Positions 36,516 through 47,470 of a stretch of 64,000 bases of DNA are shown here, piece after piece. Below the pieces are notes generated by a model. The model searched no databases and was not told the DNA's origin. It worked only from the letters and a program-made list of their open reading frames with translations. The number at the start of each line of letters is the position of its first letter. The stretch's first letter is position 1. Source of the DNA: Glycera tridactyla. Taxonomy: Eukaryota. The position numbers and the translations under genes are program-made. The stretch covers positions 86,366,001 through 86,430,000 of the forward strand of contig OZ286465.1 of NCBI GenBank assembly GCA_965644265.1. Direction: 5' to 3'.

Positions 36516-39500
36516 TGCGTGTGTGTCCATATGCACAAAAACATGATCCCATCTCCTTTTTCAGCTAAAGTCTGTCAAGCTTAATCATGGCGGGTGCGTT
36601 TTTTGCCCCAGTATCGTGAATTCAGTTCAGATTGCAATGATACTTGCAGACAGACATTGTTGACATCTCCGACGACTATAAATGTGATCTCAGGGAGATT
36701 ACCTTGTATATTTCGCCTTAGAACGCCAAGTATGTCAATTTCACGCTGGTTTCGTGGCAAGTACGTAACGCCACTGAATCGCAAACAAATATTTGCCAAT
36801 AATGGCAGCAGATTTGCTGAAAAATTACAATGAAATGGTGGCACAATCCTTTTCTAAAGCATCCATAACACCTGTGACTAGGTTCGATAATCGCCGGAAG
36901 ACCTGTACAATCTATTCTTGGCATTAATAGTTAAATTAGATGAAAATTGACGAAGTTAGTGTCTGAAAGGTAAACGCCACATTTGGATTTGACAGAGTTT
37001 AGCTGACATGAATAAGACATTATTTCACCATACTTCACTGAAAAGCAAGCTTTGGAAAAAACTTCAACTGAGATTTCTATAACACCATGGATCTTTTGAT
37101 GCAAAGTTACCTCATATAGTGCAACCTGCTATTAGCCATTACCTCTGAAGAGAAAGCATTTTCCTTGAGAATATTTTCATTCATTGATTCATCAGCATCA
37201 CTTGAGTGACCCCAGTGTCGCCAACACCACTTTCAACAATGTTTTCTCTTCAGAATCATATGTACACGGAGCAGTCACTTTGAGAGTATGGGGCTTCATT
37301 GTTGATGTAGTCAAAATGGCCGCACTCATTCATTTTCAAATAAAGTTATTCAAGTCCCACTCAGTGGTGCTACCAGGCCGTGCAAACCCCAGGCAGTACT
37401 AGCTCATGGGATATGACAATTCTATTCAATAACCATGTGTTCACACATCATAACTATTCAGATGAGTGGAGAAAATACGAGAATAGTTCAGTTCAAGCTA
37501 CAGAATTAACTGAATCAAATCGTGCTGGCATATGGGAATAAATGCATCATTTATTCATTTGACGTTTCATATAATTCTAGCAGATACCAGAAAATTCCTT
37601 GTTAGAGTGACAGGATTATATGAAATCGAATCCCGATGGCATATGCGTAATGGTAATGAATGAATTATTCATTTGGTTGACATTTCAAACTTTCGGGTGC
37701 TAATGTCAATCTGGGGTGAAACTCATGATATTTCATTCAGCAGATGATCCAGCTCTGAGTGAAAGTGATGGTAATGAAAAAAACAAAATATTACAACACT
37801 TAAGATTGCCAAAATAAGAAAGAAATTGAATGAAGAAGCAATTCAGCAAATTTTGATGGTATATACTACATATGATGTCAATAGACTCAATACTGAACAT
37901 GCCCGTAAATATTTCACAATAAACTTAACCCGGAACCAGAAGCAGGATTGGGTCCAATTCCACGAATTATTGGGATTTAAGAGCTGAATCAGCAAAGAAA
38001 TTTGAAAGAAATATTCACATTTAGCTATCTTCAATTGGGTATCACATCTATATAAAGTCAAGGGCGAAATAAAAAGACATGAGCCGGAATAAAGTTTTTA
38101 CTATACCTTTATTTATATTTGTTACAGGCATGTTCAGTATATTACAGTGTGATTTTAATTACATCTGTCATGATGAGTAAGCGAGAGTTTGCAGATTTTT
38201 GCTGATCAGAATGGCAGTGACAAATATAGTTCAGCAGGTGCCAATCAACTGATAATACAAATGTGTAGATTTACAACTCTGAACATGACCTAGACCCCCA
38301 TGACCACTGACAATCAAGAAACTCAAATTTAGAGCATATCTCAACTGATAGTGTCTGAAATTCTCTTAATCGGATTAATGAGAGGATAACAGGACACATT
38401 ATCGGGGCACACTAGGCAGTCTGAGGAACACATTTGTTATATGGTCCCAAAGAAAGTGAAGATCATTCTGGCATTGGATTTCTGACAAATGCACCAAAAT
38501 ATTGTACTACTAACTGCATTCAGATACATTCAGTGGGAGCACACCAGACCTAAGTAGTCAGATAGTTTACAGAGAAATCACCCGTGTGACCACAATACAG
38601 GGTATATTCTATTAGTGACCCACAACCATATGAATTTCCTTCAATGCCAGATACAACTGAGTGTTTTGCAAGTGTCCAGCAAGCAAAATCAAGCAATCCA
38701 ATGCATCTGACATCAGAAGTGCCCCCAGACACAACATGATGATGATGCATCTGACATGTGTGGAAACAATGGCTGCATGTACAAGAAGGATGGAGGGTAG
38801 CAATGGATGGAATGGGCTTTTTCTACATTTTGTACAAATTAGTTTCATTCGAACACACTCACTTTACAAAAAAGACTTTATTCACAGTTGACTGTCACTC
38901 TGATTTTTGTTTACACTTAAGTTTTGCGACAACGTATGGTAATGCAAGCGGATTTCATAAGAACACATGATAAATCCAACTGAGAAGAACTAAAGTATTT
39001 CAGGATGAACTCAATCTACAAGATAACTGAGCAACAATTAAAAGTTGATACTCCCACACATTAGGATCCCAACATCAGGCCTATATGTTAAGGGTGGGGT
39101 CAGCAGGCCCATTTTTTTGTCCCTCATACCATGAGATGGCCTGTCATTTTAGGAGATGACCCATGAAATCTCCAGTTCATGGGCAACAGGGCTCATTTAC
39201 CAGTAATTAAATCTGAAGAAGGGTAATATGCAATGCATATTTTGAAACTTGGAGACATGATACCATTTTCAGCGCACTGACCATCCTCAGATGAGCATCT
39301 GTCCTGAATTCCATGTCAGTGAGGTGGCCTATGCATTAAACTACAGTCAAACCTCTCTTTAAAGACCGCCTTCAGTCACATCAAACAGTGGTCTTTATAG
39401 GGAGGTGGTCTCTATAGGGAGGTCATTTACTGTTGAAAATACTACCATGGTCACAGCTCAGGGTGGTCTTTATAGGGAGGTGGTCTTTATAGAGAGGTGG

Positions 39501-42500
39501 TATTTAGAGGAGGTTCGACTGTATGCATGTTATCAAACTGCAGTGGTGACAAAACCACTAAAATGTGCAATCTGCGTATTCCACACAAGATTTGAATCCC
39601 TATTTCTACTAGTATGTAAACGCAGTTCAGTGGAATCAAATAGTAAGATTGACCCACTACTGAATATATACTCAGTGCAACCCTCTGGCAATCTTTGCAG
39701 TTATTGTGGCATTTTAAGGAATCACAATAACCCATACTGAACGATGCTGGGAATACCAGGATCTCGGCTGACTCAACCATTGTTTTAAACAGATAACAGA
39801 TCACAGATTTCTAACAACCTTGTCGGAGATATGAGACAGGGAATTATGAGAACAGCCAACAATTTCCCATATTCTAACAGATTGATCTTAGACAAGAACA
39901 AAAGAAACTGCAATCACTAAACAAAACATGGAAAAAAGCAGCAAACAGAAAGTGAAAGACTGTTAGCCATGGGCTCTAATAAAATAAATAACAAAACTGT
40001 CATGAAAACAGCTGACAACATGTATCACATAAACTGAAAACTAACATGAAAACATGATCTCGGGAATTATCATTAACACAACATGCACAAAGGGTGATTT
40101 ATCAGAAATATCATTCATTGCATACTGGAACCAACTGTACATTGCTACACATACAAAGTGGACACAACACAGCCCAAGTGTGTTCTCACAAACATGTGTA
40201 ATTTCCCAAAGATCTTAATAATGAAAATGCCCATTAACCATGAAGGACCCTCTCATCTGGCATGCAGTGCCTCACAAAAGACCAGCATGACTGATCAGAT
40301 GGGGGCGGCAAATAATTCAAATTTTGAATGGGAAAATGTGAGCTTCAGGTTCATGAACATGACTCTCTCAAACTACACTGTATTTACACACTCAGTATGA
40401 GCCAACATGTAAAATCTCCATTCAATGGGAATTCTTCAACAACAACTTGGATGCCTGAGTTTGAGTGAACGAGCTCACTATGTTCACAAGGAATCTATAC
40501 AAGTGTGCACAAAAGTGCACGATGCGATACTATACATGTACATGTGGAATGTGTGCATTGGTGGTGTATGTATGTGCAGGACACACAGGCATCCATCACT
40601 AAAACAAGACGTTCATATACACCTGTACTTCTATCTGAACTGCGTTCAGTGGACTAAAAATTCTCATCACTGATGATGTCTACCATTCTTTAGCAATCAA
40701 TTCGCAAAGTGAAAGTTTGAAAAACTGACATGTTGAGATGCAACAGGTCTACTTCAAAGTCTATTTATATGCAATAGTGTGCGACAAATCACATCCAATT
40801 ATGTTCTCATAACTCGAGAATTTGATTCTCCTTGTGACTGGAGATTTTGATTTAAATAGTTTTTATCATCATCGAGATGAGATACAGTATCCCTAACAGA
40901 AAATATTGAGTAATGAAATAATAGTGTAGCCTATTTCCATGAAAGTTAGGAGTACATACAAATGGAAACAGGAAATCTCTGTCAGATTCATTTCTCAAGA
41001 GTTCCATAACAACCACAAGCTTTGGGAATTCTGAGATTATTGGTGAAATAACCCAACAGGGGTCCTCATGAAATATGCACACATTGATGTGCTGAATTGT
41101 GATTTACCACTGCTCCCATGCTGACATATATTAAATCTTTAATCAGCATTTGTATACACTCGACTTCCTTGATCATGAAGCAGAAAGGCTATAAATCCCA
41201 CCCCTAGGTTGGTGTGTGCATGTATGTATGTATCTGCACACACATGTATGTGACAGCATGATATTGGTATCTGCACACAGTTAACATGTGGATATCCATG
41301 AATGATAATCGTCATCATTTTCAGAGTGAAATACAATATACCATGATACAATGCAGACTTTCTACCATTTCAGTGTCACTTTAAAACTGCGACTGACTGG
41401 ACTAGGATGGTGAAACTAACTACTGAACACCAACAACAACAACAACAATAAAGCCAAGATCTTCTCTCAAGGAATGGATGATAACATTGTAGGGTTAATC
41501 GGACTCTAAAAGGGACCCTTTTATAGATTAAGTGTCAAGTTTCAGTGAATAGGCCCTGGCTGATCAAATGCACATGGTGAATCACCATGAAGGATGAAGG
41601 GAGTATAGGGTGAGGTTGAGACTGGTTTTACCCCTTCAGTATTATATTTCCTGGTAACAAGTAGTTGGTATACAGTGAACACTGAAAGTCTACTCTCTAC
41701 TCTTCTTGTACCACCAAAAACAGCTAGAATTTGAGAGTAATATAAGACACTGGATGTACATCGAGAAACATGTCTGCTGCAAGTGTGACCATGAGCTGGG
41801 TAATATTTTCAAGCAATATCATGTCAGGGCTCTATGTTGAACAAAATATCTAGGAGCCAGCTGGTTCCTAAATTGATATTTATGGTAGCAATTGGTAAAT
41901 TTTGGTAGTGGGTACAGTCGATACATTGTCAATTACAACCTCTCCAAAATTTAGAGGCCATTCGCTACTAACTTTCAAAGTATGGTAGCCCAATTGTGAA
42001 TTTGGTGATAATTGGCTACCCACAGGTAGCAACATAAAGCCCTGCATGTCCAATCAATAATCAAGAGTCAAAAACGCCACCATGCACATGCCTCCATAGT
42101 TCACAGCTGAGCACCAAATTTGGTATTTCATCAATGTATGCTAGGGTATGAAATCGTAACAAGTTATGGAATTTATTTGACGAGTGTCAATCATATCAAG
42201 TTCCTTCCAGAAACATAGTAGCTTTTCAAAAACCAGTAATTCCTTCTTAGAATTTAGAGAATGCCAGTCGTAAGGCATGTTCATTTTGAGATACAGGCCC
42301 AGTATCATATCAGAAAGTAAATTTGTGCCAGCCCACTTGTTGTGTATCATTATCGAAAATCCATTTTCGCTAATTGGCATCTGTGCTGGGTCTTGCATTT
42401 TCCCCGTTACACATTGCAGCTCTTCAAATGATTGAAGGCTTCAAGTTCAGTTAAGTAGTGCAAGTCCATGCTGATTAGGATAGGTGGGACCATTGCCCAT

Positions 42501-45500
42501 GACTTACTAAATTGATCAATGTTCAGTACTCCTCATATCTAATTGCCAGAGCAATGCCTGATATATTCAATGTTTTCCTCAATTGCAAACCTACAAGTGT
42601 TGGGAACATGAAAAATGTCAGTGCTGAGTTATCATTAATTGTATAAGCACTCTCAAATACTAATTCTAATGCTGTCAATGTTGTGAGATCACAAGAAAAC
42701 AACTAGTTCAACCTACTACAAGATCCAAGATGCATCAGAATGAGGCCCCGTACAATCTCTCAATCTACATGTACAGTACTGTACTACATTCTGAACGGTG
42801 TATCACTCAAACAAGAGATGCTACTTTCGTAAAGTATCCAGAGAGAGAAGTGAATATCTGACTAGCTCAGGGTGAATGCTATGAAAGCAAGTGCATCGTG
42901 GATTCTAGAACAACAACAAAACTACGGATCATATTATGGCCAACATGGATTGATGGTTGATTGGTTGGTTGTTATACATCCTGTGAGCAGCGCCTCCGCT
43001 TAACTGTGACACCCATGCAATGGGCATGGGTTGGATTAGTTGAGACTCTTCCTTTTGAGGAGTATGGATTAAACCGTTATAGAATGGAATACACTTAATC
43101 AGCAGACAGTACTTGAATCTGCTTGGAATGCAATCAAACATTGGAATTGGGAAACTAGTAGGTAGGAATGCTTCTGAAAAGCTGCAATAACTGAAATCAT
43201 CTTGGAATGCATTCAAACATTGGAATTGGGAAACGAGTACATAGGGATGCCTCTGAAAAGCTGCCAGAACTGAAATTGAATGTTATCTATAGGAGCCATA
43301 ACATCATCCATAGCACAACAATATCAATACATTCTGGTTGCAAACGCGGTCAAGACTCACAACCTCATGAAATCATTTCTCTTTAAGGCACTCAGTTTCT
43401 GAAAGAAGCCAAGGCTTCCAGATGCACCCACCAATACTCGTTCATGGAACTGCACAAGTTCCTAATGAAGATACTTCAAATAGGAACACTGTTTCTCCAC
43501 TAACCCCGATAGGTATTATTGTTAATTCGATAATTTCAATCTGCCTTTCATATAAATAATACCAATACCAAGGAATCCTAGTTATGCCCAAAACTAACTG
43601 GTATGGTTATAGAACCTATGAAAAAGCCAGTGAAAAGCAGCAACTTACAATTCTTTTTTGACAGAAAGTGATTCTGCGAAATGAATCCTTGGCCAAAAGT
43701 GAAAATATCTCTCGAGACAGGCATGGCAAAACAAAACCTCAAAAATATAGACAAGACTGTTATTGACTTCTTGAGGTATAATTTTTGTACCTGACACTGA
43801 TGATGAAAAATTGGCACAAAACGAAAAGTAATCTTCCGGATGCTAGGTTCACTGGTGATACCAGTAGATGGTGCTTCTTTCCAACAATCACAAACATGGA
43901 TTTTGATCAATGATTGGTGAGGTTGTGAATCTTTCCAGCCAATCAGCAGTAATGAGAGTAAGATGGGCTGTGATTGGCTGCTGCTAAGCGATCCAGACGA
44001 GTTGAACGGAGCATGGCAGACGCCAAACGCGAGACTCACTGCGCAGTGTGGACACCTCCTCATGACGGAGTCGGGCCTGTTCCTGCTCATCCAGTAGTCG
44101 GTCTGTCCGGGGCAAGTGGCAGCAAGGAGGCGGGGAGAAAGGAGAGAAGAGATGCAAGGCTTGGGTTAGTAGGGTTAGCGGAATACATACGCACACATGC
44201 AGGTGGTGCTGCACACCCTCACCAACCTCTCTCCACACCACGTTAGTGAACGCTGGAAACAGCTATAGTGGCACCTCCAATGACAGACCCCCTGGCAGAC
44301 CACCTGTTTCAGAAGACCACCTTCCACACACCTCCTTTCTATTAAACATAGTCTGACGAGAGACCATTCCACTTTTGGATGACATTTCATCCCAGGATTC
44401 ACATTGTCAGAGACTGTTTCAACACATGCCTCAACAAATCTATACGGGGAGAGGCCAAATGTGTACTCATATTCTAGTAGCACATATGATGCAACAAAGG
44501 CACATAAAATATACAGCAGTGTGCTCAGCATGGCACACAATTCATCCAGTTTTTACTATAGATTTAAACTTCTGGACATAAACAAGTTGGAAAGGCACAC
44601 AGATTTATTGATCTCATCACTCACACACAAATGCATGTTTGCAGCTCAGGGTGGCCTTCACAAAGAGGTTGTCTTCATAGAGAGGTTGTCTTTAGAGGAG
44701 GTATGACTGTACCTGTATTCTGACAGGGGAAACTAAAGGAGTACCCCCACTGGATAATACACCAGCTATGGATTCGTCTCTTTACATGACAGTTTACCTT
44801 ATATATAGATATATCATTGCATAGCGATTGTGCCAAGGGAAAATACTGTCTCAGGGTGATCAGGCAAATATCATTCTACTAGTAGTATTTCCACCAAACA
44901 ATGCATCAAAATTTGGAATTAGAGACTCCCTAGTGCATTGATGCAAATGAACAGCAGAGAAATTCATTTAAATTTGGACATACATCTCACATACACCGAA
45001 AACCATGTGATAGTTGCACATCTGAGCAGCTGAAACACATTTCTCAGCTTTCAGATGTAAATTCCGTGAAAATTTTGTTTTCCCGTATCATCTAGAAAAC
45101 TGAGTTTAAATGGCAGACAACCTACTATGAGGCAGTCAGATGGTTTCTCGTGGACAGGGATTTTCCATTTTAAAGTCACATGTTTGATCACCAAGAGACA
45201 ATATAGAACATAGTGCACGGAGACTAGTTGCTAGATTGAGCACTCCCACCACTCGGAAGAAAAAGTGTGCTTTAAAACTTTCACTTCATGCAATTGTGCA
45301 GGTCTGTGCGAATATGGGAGGAGGTATATCACAGATTTAAATAGGAGAGTTTCACTGCATGCATACCCCATACTATAGTAAAACTAACAAGAAAACTATA
45401 CATATGAGAAAATGTCTTGGGAATCATAAAATCCCTTTAGTAGTCAGAATATATATCTCCACCATCTGAGACTCCATCAGCTTGACAGGAAATTTCAACC

Positions 45501-47470
45501 CTACACTAAGTGTAGAGAAAGAGGTTGTTCTTTTGGATAGCAGATTATCTCTCGGACATACCAGAGTTTCTCTCAAAGAAATCAATTTCAAGAAAGGTAG
45601 GAACTAGGCGACAAATCTTTACTTCAATCAGAATAGAAATTTATATTTTTCTTCAGCTGAGCTATGGCCTGGGCAGATTATGGGACCAGACATAGACTGA
45701 ACATGGGCGATGATTGATTTCAAACACAAATAAAGTGCGCTGCCAGTAAGTGATTAGCTCAAAATAGGGGGAAAATGCAAATACAGAGCCAACTTTGTAA
45801 ATACAAGCTACAGAATTTGTCTTGGTGAGGGTCAAAAGCAATTATATATGAACTCTGGTTATATAAACTTATGTTATGACTTAGTAATAACATGGTGGAT
45901 ATATAAAATTCATGCATAAAATCTAGCAATCTGAGTGGTAATTTCCTGGAATAATCAGGATTAAACAGTGATGGTCAAACGCATTTACATATGAACTCTG
46001 GTTATATGAACTTATGCTATGACTTAGTAATAATACATTGGAAGTTTGAAATTCATGCATAAAATCTAACAATCTGGGTGGTAATTTCCCGGAATAATTA
46101 AGATCACACCCAGCGTGACATAGTGGCATCTTGCAGGAGGGTACACCTCAAATGTGTGGTTCCCACTGGAATATGGTTTTGCACAAATGCAATGATTATA
46201 CATGTATCACATGTTCAAGAATGATTTCGAGGCAATTTTCCGCCTCGATTATGATGTATGTGAGGTGAAGAAACCCTGCTTTCCACATGAAATCCAACAT
46301 TGCTCTGACAGTGGTTCTCACGCAGGAAAATCACATTGAATCAGAAATTTCCACATGAGAACTTCTCAATGAGATGTTGTACAGTGAAACTTCAAAAGAG
46401 GTGGTCTCTCGTCGGAGGTATATTTGACTATGTCAATGGAAATGCTGCCCTGGACAAGTAGTCTCCCATAAGAGGTGATCTCTCATCAGGGGGTGTCTTG
46501 TTACAGGTTTCACTGCAGATTCATTTCAATCACCATTCCTCACTAACAATGTCACGCTGGGTATTCAAATTTCATAGCAATAGCTTGATACACAGTGCTT
46601 GTGCAAGGGCACCATTATCAGCAGTAGGTAAATGGAATACCACGGAGTTGCTTACCTCGGAGTTGAAGGATCTGTAATTTGACTTCCTTCGTTGTGCCCT
46701 CAGCCTTATTGAGTTGGTCTAAAAAGACAAGATGCAAAGATCAGACAGAAGTACAGACATAGGGTTACATGATGAATGTACATTATCGATGGAGAGGCAT
46801 AGATTGTACTTTGATCAGCAGTAATACCTGTTGCTGACCTGATTACAATATCTCAGAAATCACAGAATCCTGTCATTTTGAAATGCAATTTTCCAGAGCG
46901 ATTCTCTCATTATTATACTGGAAGACATTACGTCCCTCACTGTCAGGAAATAGACTGGCAAAATGTTATTATGACAAGATACACAGATGTATGAATTATT
47001 CTCTGTACTGACCACAAGACATTCAGCTGATGCAATTTCCCTTTTGAGGAAATGATACAGAAAAGATTCAAGACCGGGATTCTCATTTCATGCATCCCAG
47101 CTCGTTTTTTTTTTAAATTTCATTTTAATTTCATACTTTTTGCCATCGATGGAAAAACCTGGCATATTAGTGGTAGGTACTCTAACATAGAATACAGTAG
47201 TTCAACTCAATTCTGGAGTGAGGCAACTTGACAGCACTACCAGCAACATGCACCTGACAGGTGAGTGAATTAAGAGTATTACAGCCTCCAGATATCCCCA
47301 GGTACCTTTCATCTGCTCTCCACTGAACATCAAATTTGACTCACCTTGCAGTGTAGTGACATGTTCACCCTGGTCCTTGGCATGTTGCTGCGAATCGAAA
47401 AGTTGTGTCTGTAACAGACTCGTCTCCTCTGTCGACTTCTTCACTTGTTTACGTGCGTCCTCCAGCTCGT
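17097..47470 (-). CDS. SLMAP: SLMAP-like coiled-coil tail-anchored protein, 3' part (10 exons, about 370 aa); 5' exons not found
   Basis: Ten AG..GT exons join in one phase-consistent open frame; heptad-rich sequence ends in one TM helix plus a short tail; FHA domain not seen, so the symbol rests on architecture and recalled similarity. Confidence 0.65.
18170..18350 (-). mobile_element. SINE-like family B copy
   Basis: Same core as 6763-6960. Confidence 0.7.
25111..25208. repeat. (TG)n(TGCG)n compound microsatellite
   Basis: Direct inspection. Confidence 0.95.
25889..26011 (-). CDS. SLMAP: SLMAP-like exon, 123 nt, phase 0-0: LIEANNEISVLKDKCSAYRENITQLKTDLEEYDQLSYRSKT
   Basis: poly-T tract then gcag|TTG ... 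ACA|gtaagt. Confidence 0.9.
26747..26906 (-). CDS. SLMAP: SLMAP-like exon, 160 nt, phase 2-0: SRKENQRLQTEYMRLQESYKELEELKDKLETNESTWKINLTDAQKDADKTKHL
   Basis: ctgtttgcag|G ... TTG|gtaagt. Confidence 0.9.
27579..27654 (-). CDS. SLMAP: SLMAP-like exon, 76 nt, phase 1-2: VEFAALKEECANLRRRIQDIECEMKT
   Basis: tttctttttgcag|TC ... AAC|gtaagt; supplies the phase 1-to-2 change needed between flanking exons. Confidence 0.85.
29276..29451. mobile_element. Tc1/mariner-type MITE (CAGTGAAA...TTTCACTG, TA TSD)
   Basis: Terminal inverted repeats flanked by TA on both sides; internal GAGACCACC/GGTGGTCTC subrepeats. Confidence 0.8.
29795..29968 (-). mobile_element. SINE-like family B copy
   Basis: Same core as 6763-6960. 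Confidence 0.7.
30022..30221. mobile_element. MITE, CAGGG-type TIR, 5-bp TSD TACTG
   Basis: TACTG|CAGGGCTCTAC...GTAGAGCCCTG|TACTG. Confidence 0.85.
31076..31252. mobile_element. Tc1/mariner-type MITE
   Basis: TA|CAGTGAAACCTG ... CAGGTTTCACTG|TA, perfect 12-bp TIR. Confidence 0.85.
31378..31593 (-). CDS. SLMAP: SLMAP-like acidic linker exon, 216 nt, phase 1-1: DDDEVKKEEESCVASENT...DEDRVAERS
   Basis: tttacatgttag|AT ... CAG|gtaaca; lies inside ORF 31247-31627. Confidence 0.8.
31656..31950 (-). mobile_element. SINE-like family B copy
   Basis: Same core plus the aactatgt.ac.ggctgg extension. Confidence 0.7.
32960..33079 (-). CDS. SLMAP: SLMAP-like exon, 120 nt, phase 1-1: MRVKSLQEELDLRAEEVPVTHASLSQATHTEVQRQAAKNR
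   Basis: cttacttgcag|TG ... GAG|gtaaga. Confidence 0.85.
33174..33505. mobile_element. Tc1/mariner-type MITE interrupted by a second MITE (33205-33373)
   Basis: The two halves align to the intact copy at 50426-50603. Confidence 0.65.
33205..33373. mobile_element. MITE with 13-bp perfect TIR CAGTGATGTCAAT
   Basis: CAGTGATGTCAAT...ATTGACATCACTG; flanks TCTAT/TCCAT; related fragments near 18480-18570, 23500-23732, 32694-32876. Confidence 0.75.
33863..33925 (-). CDS. SLMAP: SLMAP-like exon, 63 nt, phase 1-1: KQLQEAQQVAKQSKNEAEQLR
   Basis: tgtgttacag|AG ... GAA|gtaagt. Confidence 0.85.
36459..36526. repeat. (TG)n microsatellite
   Basis: Direct inspection. Confidence 0.95.
39344..39521. mobile_element. 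Tc1/mariner-type MITE
   Basis: TA|CAGTCAAACCTC...GAGGTTCGACTG|TA. Confidence 0.8.
41825..42044. mobile_element. MITE, CAGGG-type TIR, 5-bp TSD CATGT
   Basis: CATGT|CAGGGCTCTATGTTG...CAACATAAAGCCCTG|CATGT (14/15 TIR). Confidence 0.85.
42950..43060 (-). mobile_element. SINE-like family A fragment
   Basis: ttggttggttg tail then tgtgacacccatgcaatgggcatgg. Confidence 0.55.
43122..43277. repeat. Diverged 79-bp tandem duplication
   Basis: cttggaatgca.tcaaacattggaattgggaaac at 43122 and 43201. Confidence 0.85.
44040..44102 (-). CDS. SLMAP: SLMAP-like exon, 63 nt, phase 1-1: DRLLDEQEQARLRHEEVSTLR
   Basis: cccggacag|AC ... GCA|gtgagt. Confidence 0.8.
45846..46104. repeat. Diverged direct duplication, period 143 bp
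   Basis: atatgaactctggttatat.aacttatg at 45846 and 45989. Confidence 0.85.
46382..46515. mobile_element. Tc1/mariner-type MITE (internally deleted)
   Basis: CAGTGAAAC...GTTTCACTG; same family as 29276. Confidence 0.7.
46656..46718 (-). CDS. SLMAP: SLMAP-like exon, 63 nt, phase 1-1: DQLNKAEGTTKEVKLQILQLR
   Basis: ttgtctttttag|AC ... GAG|gtaagc. Confidence 0.85.
47345..47470 (-). CDS. SLMAP: SLMAP-like exon, 126 nt, phase 1-1: xELEDARKQVKKSTEETSLLQTQLFDSQQHAKDQGEHVTTLQ
   Basis: tgtgttacag|AC ... AAG|gtgagt; coiled-coil composition. Confidence 0.85.

Noticed and set aside
37111-37144. 34-nt candidate exon with a strong acceptor
   Set aside because: Not a multiple of three, so it breaks the phase-1 chain
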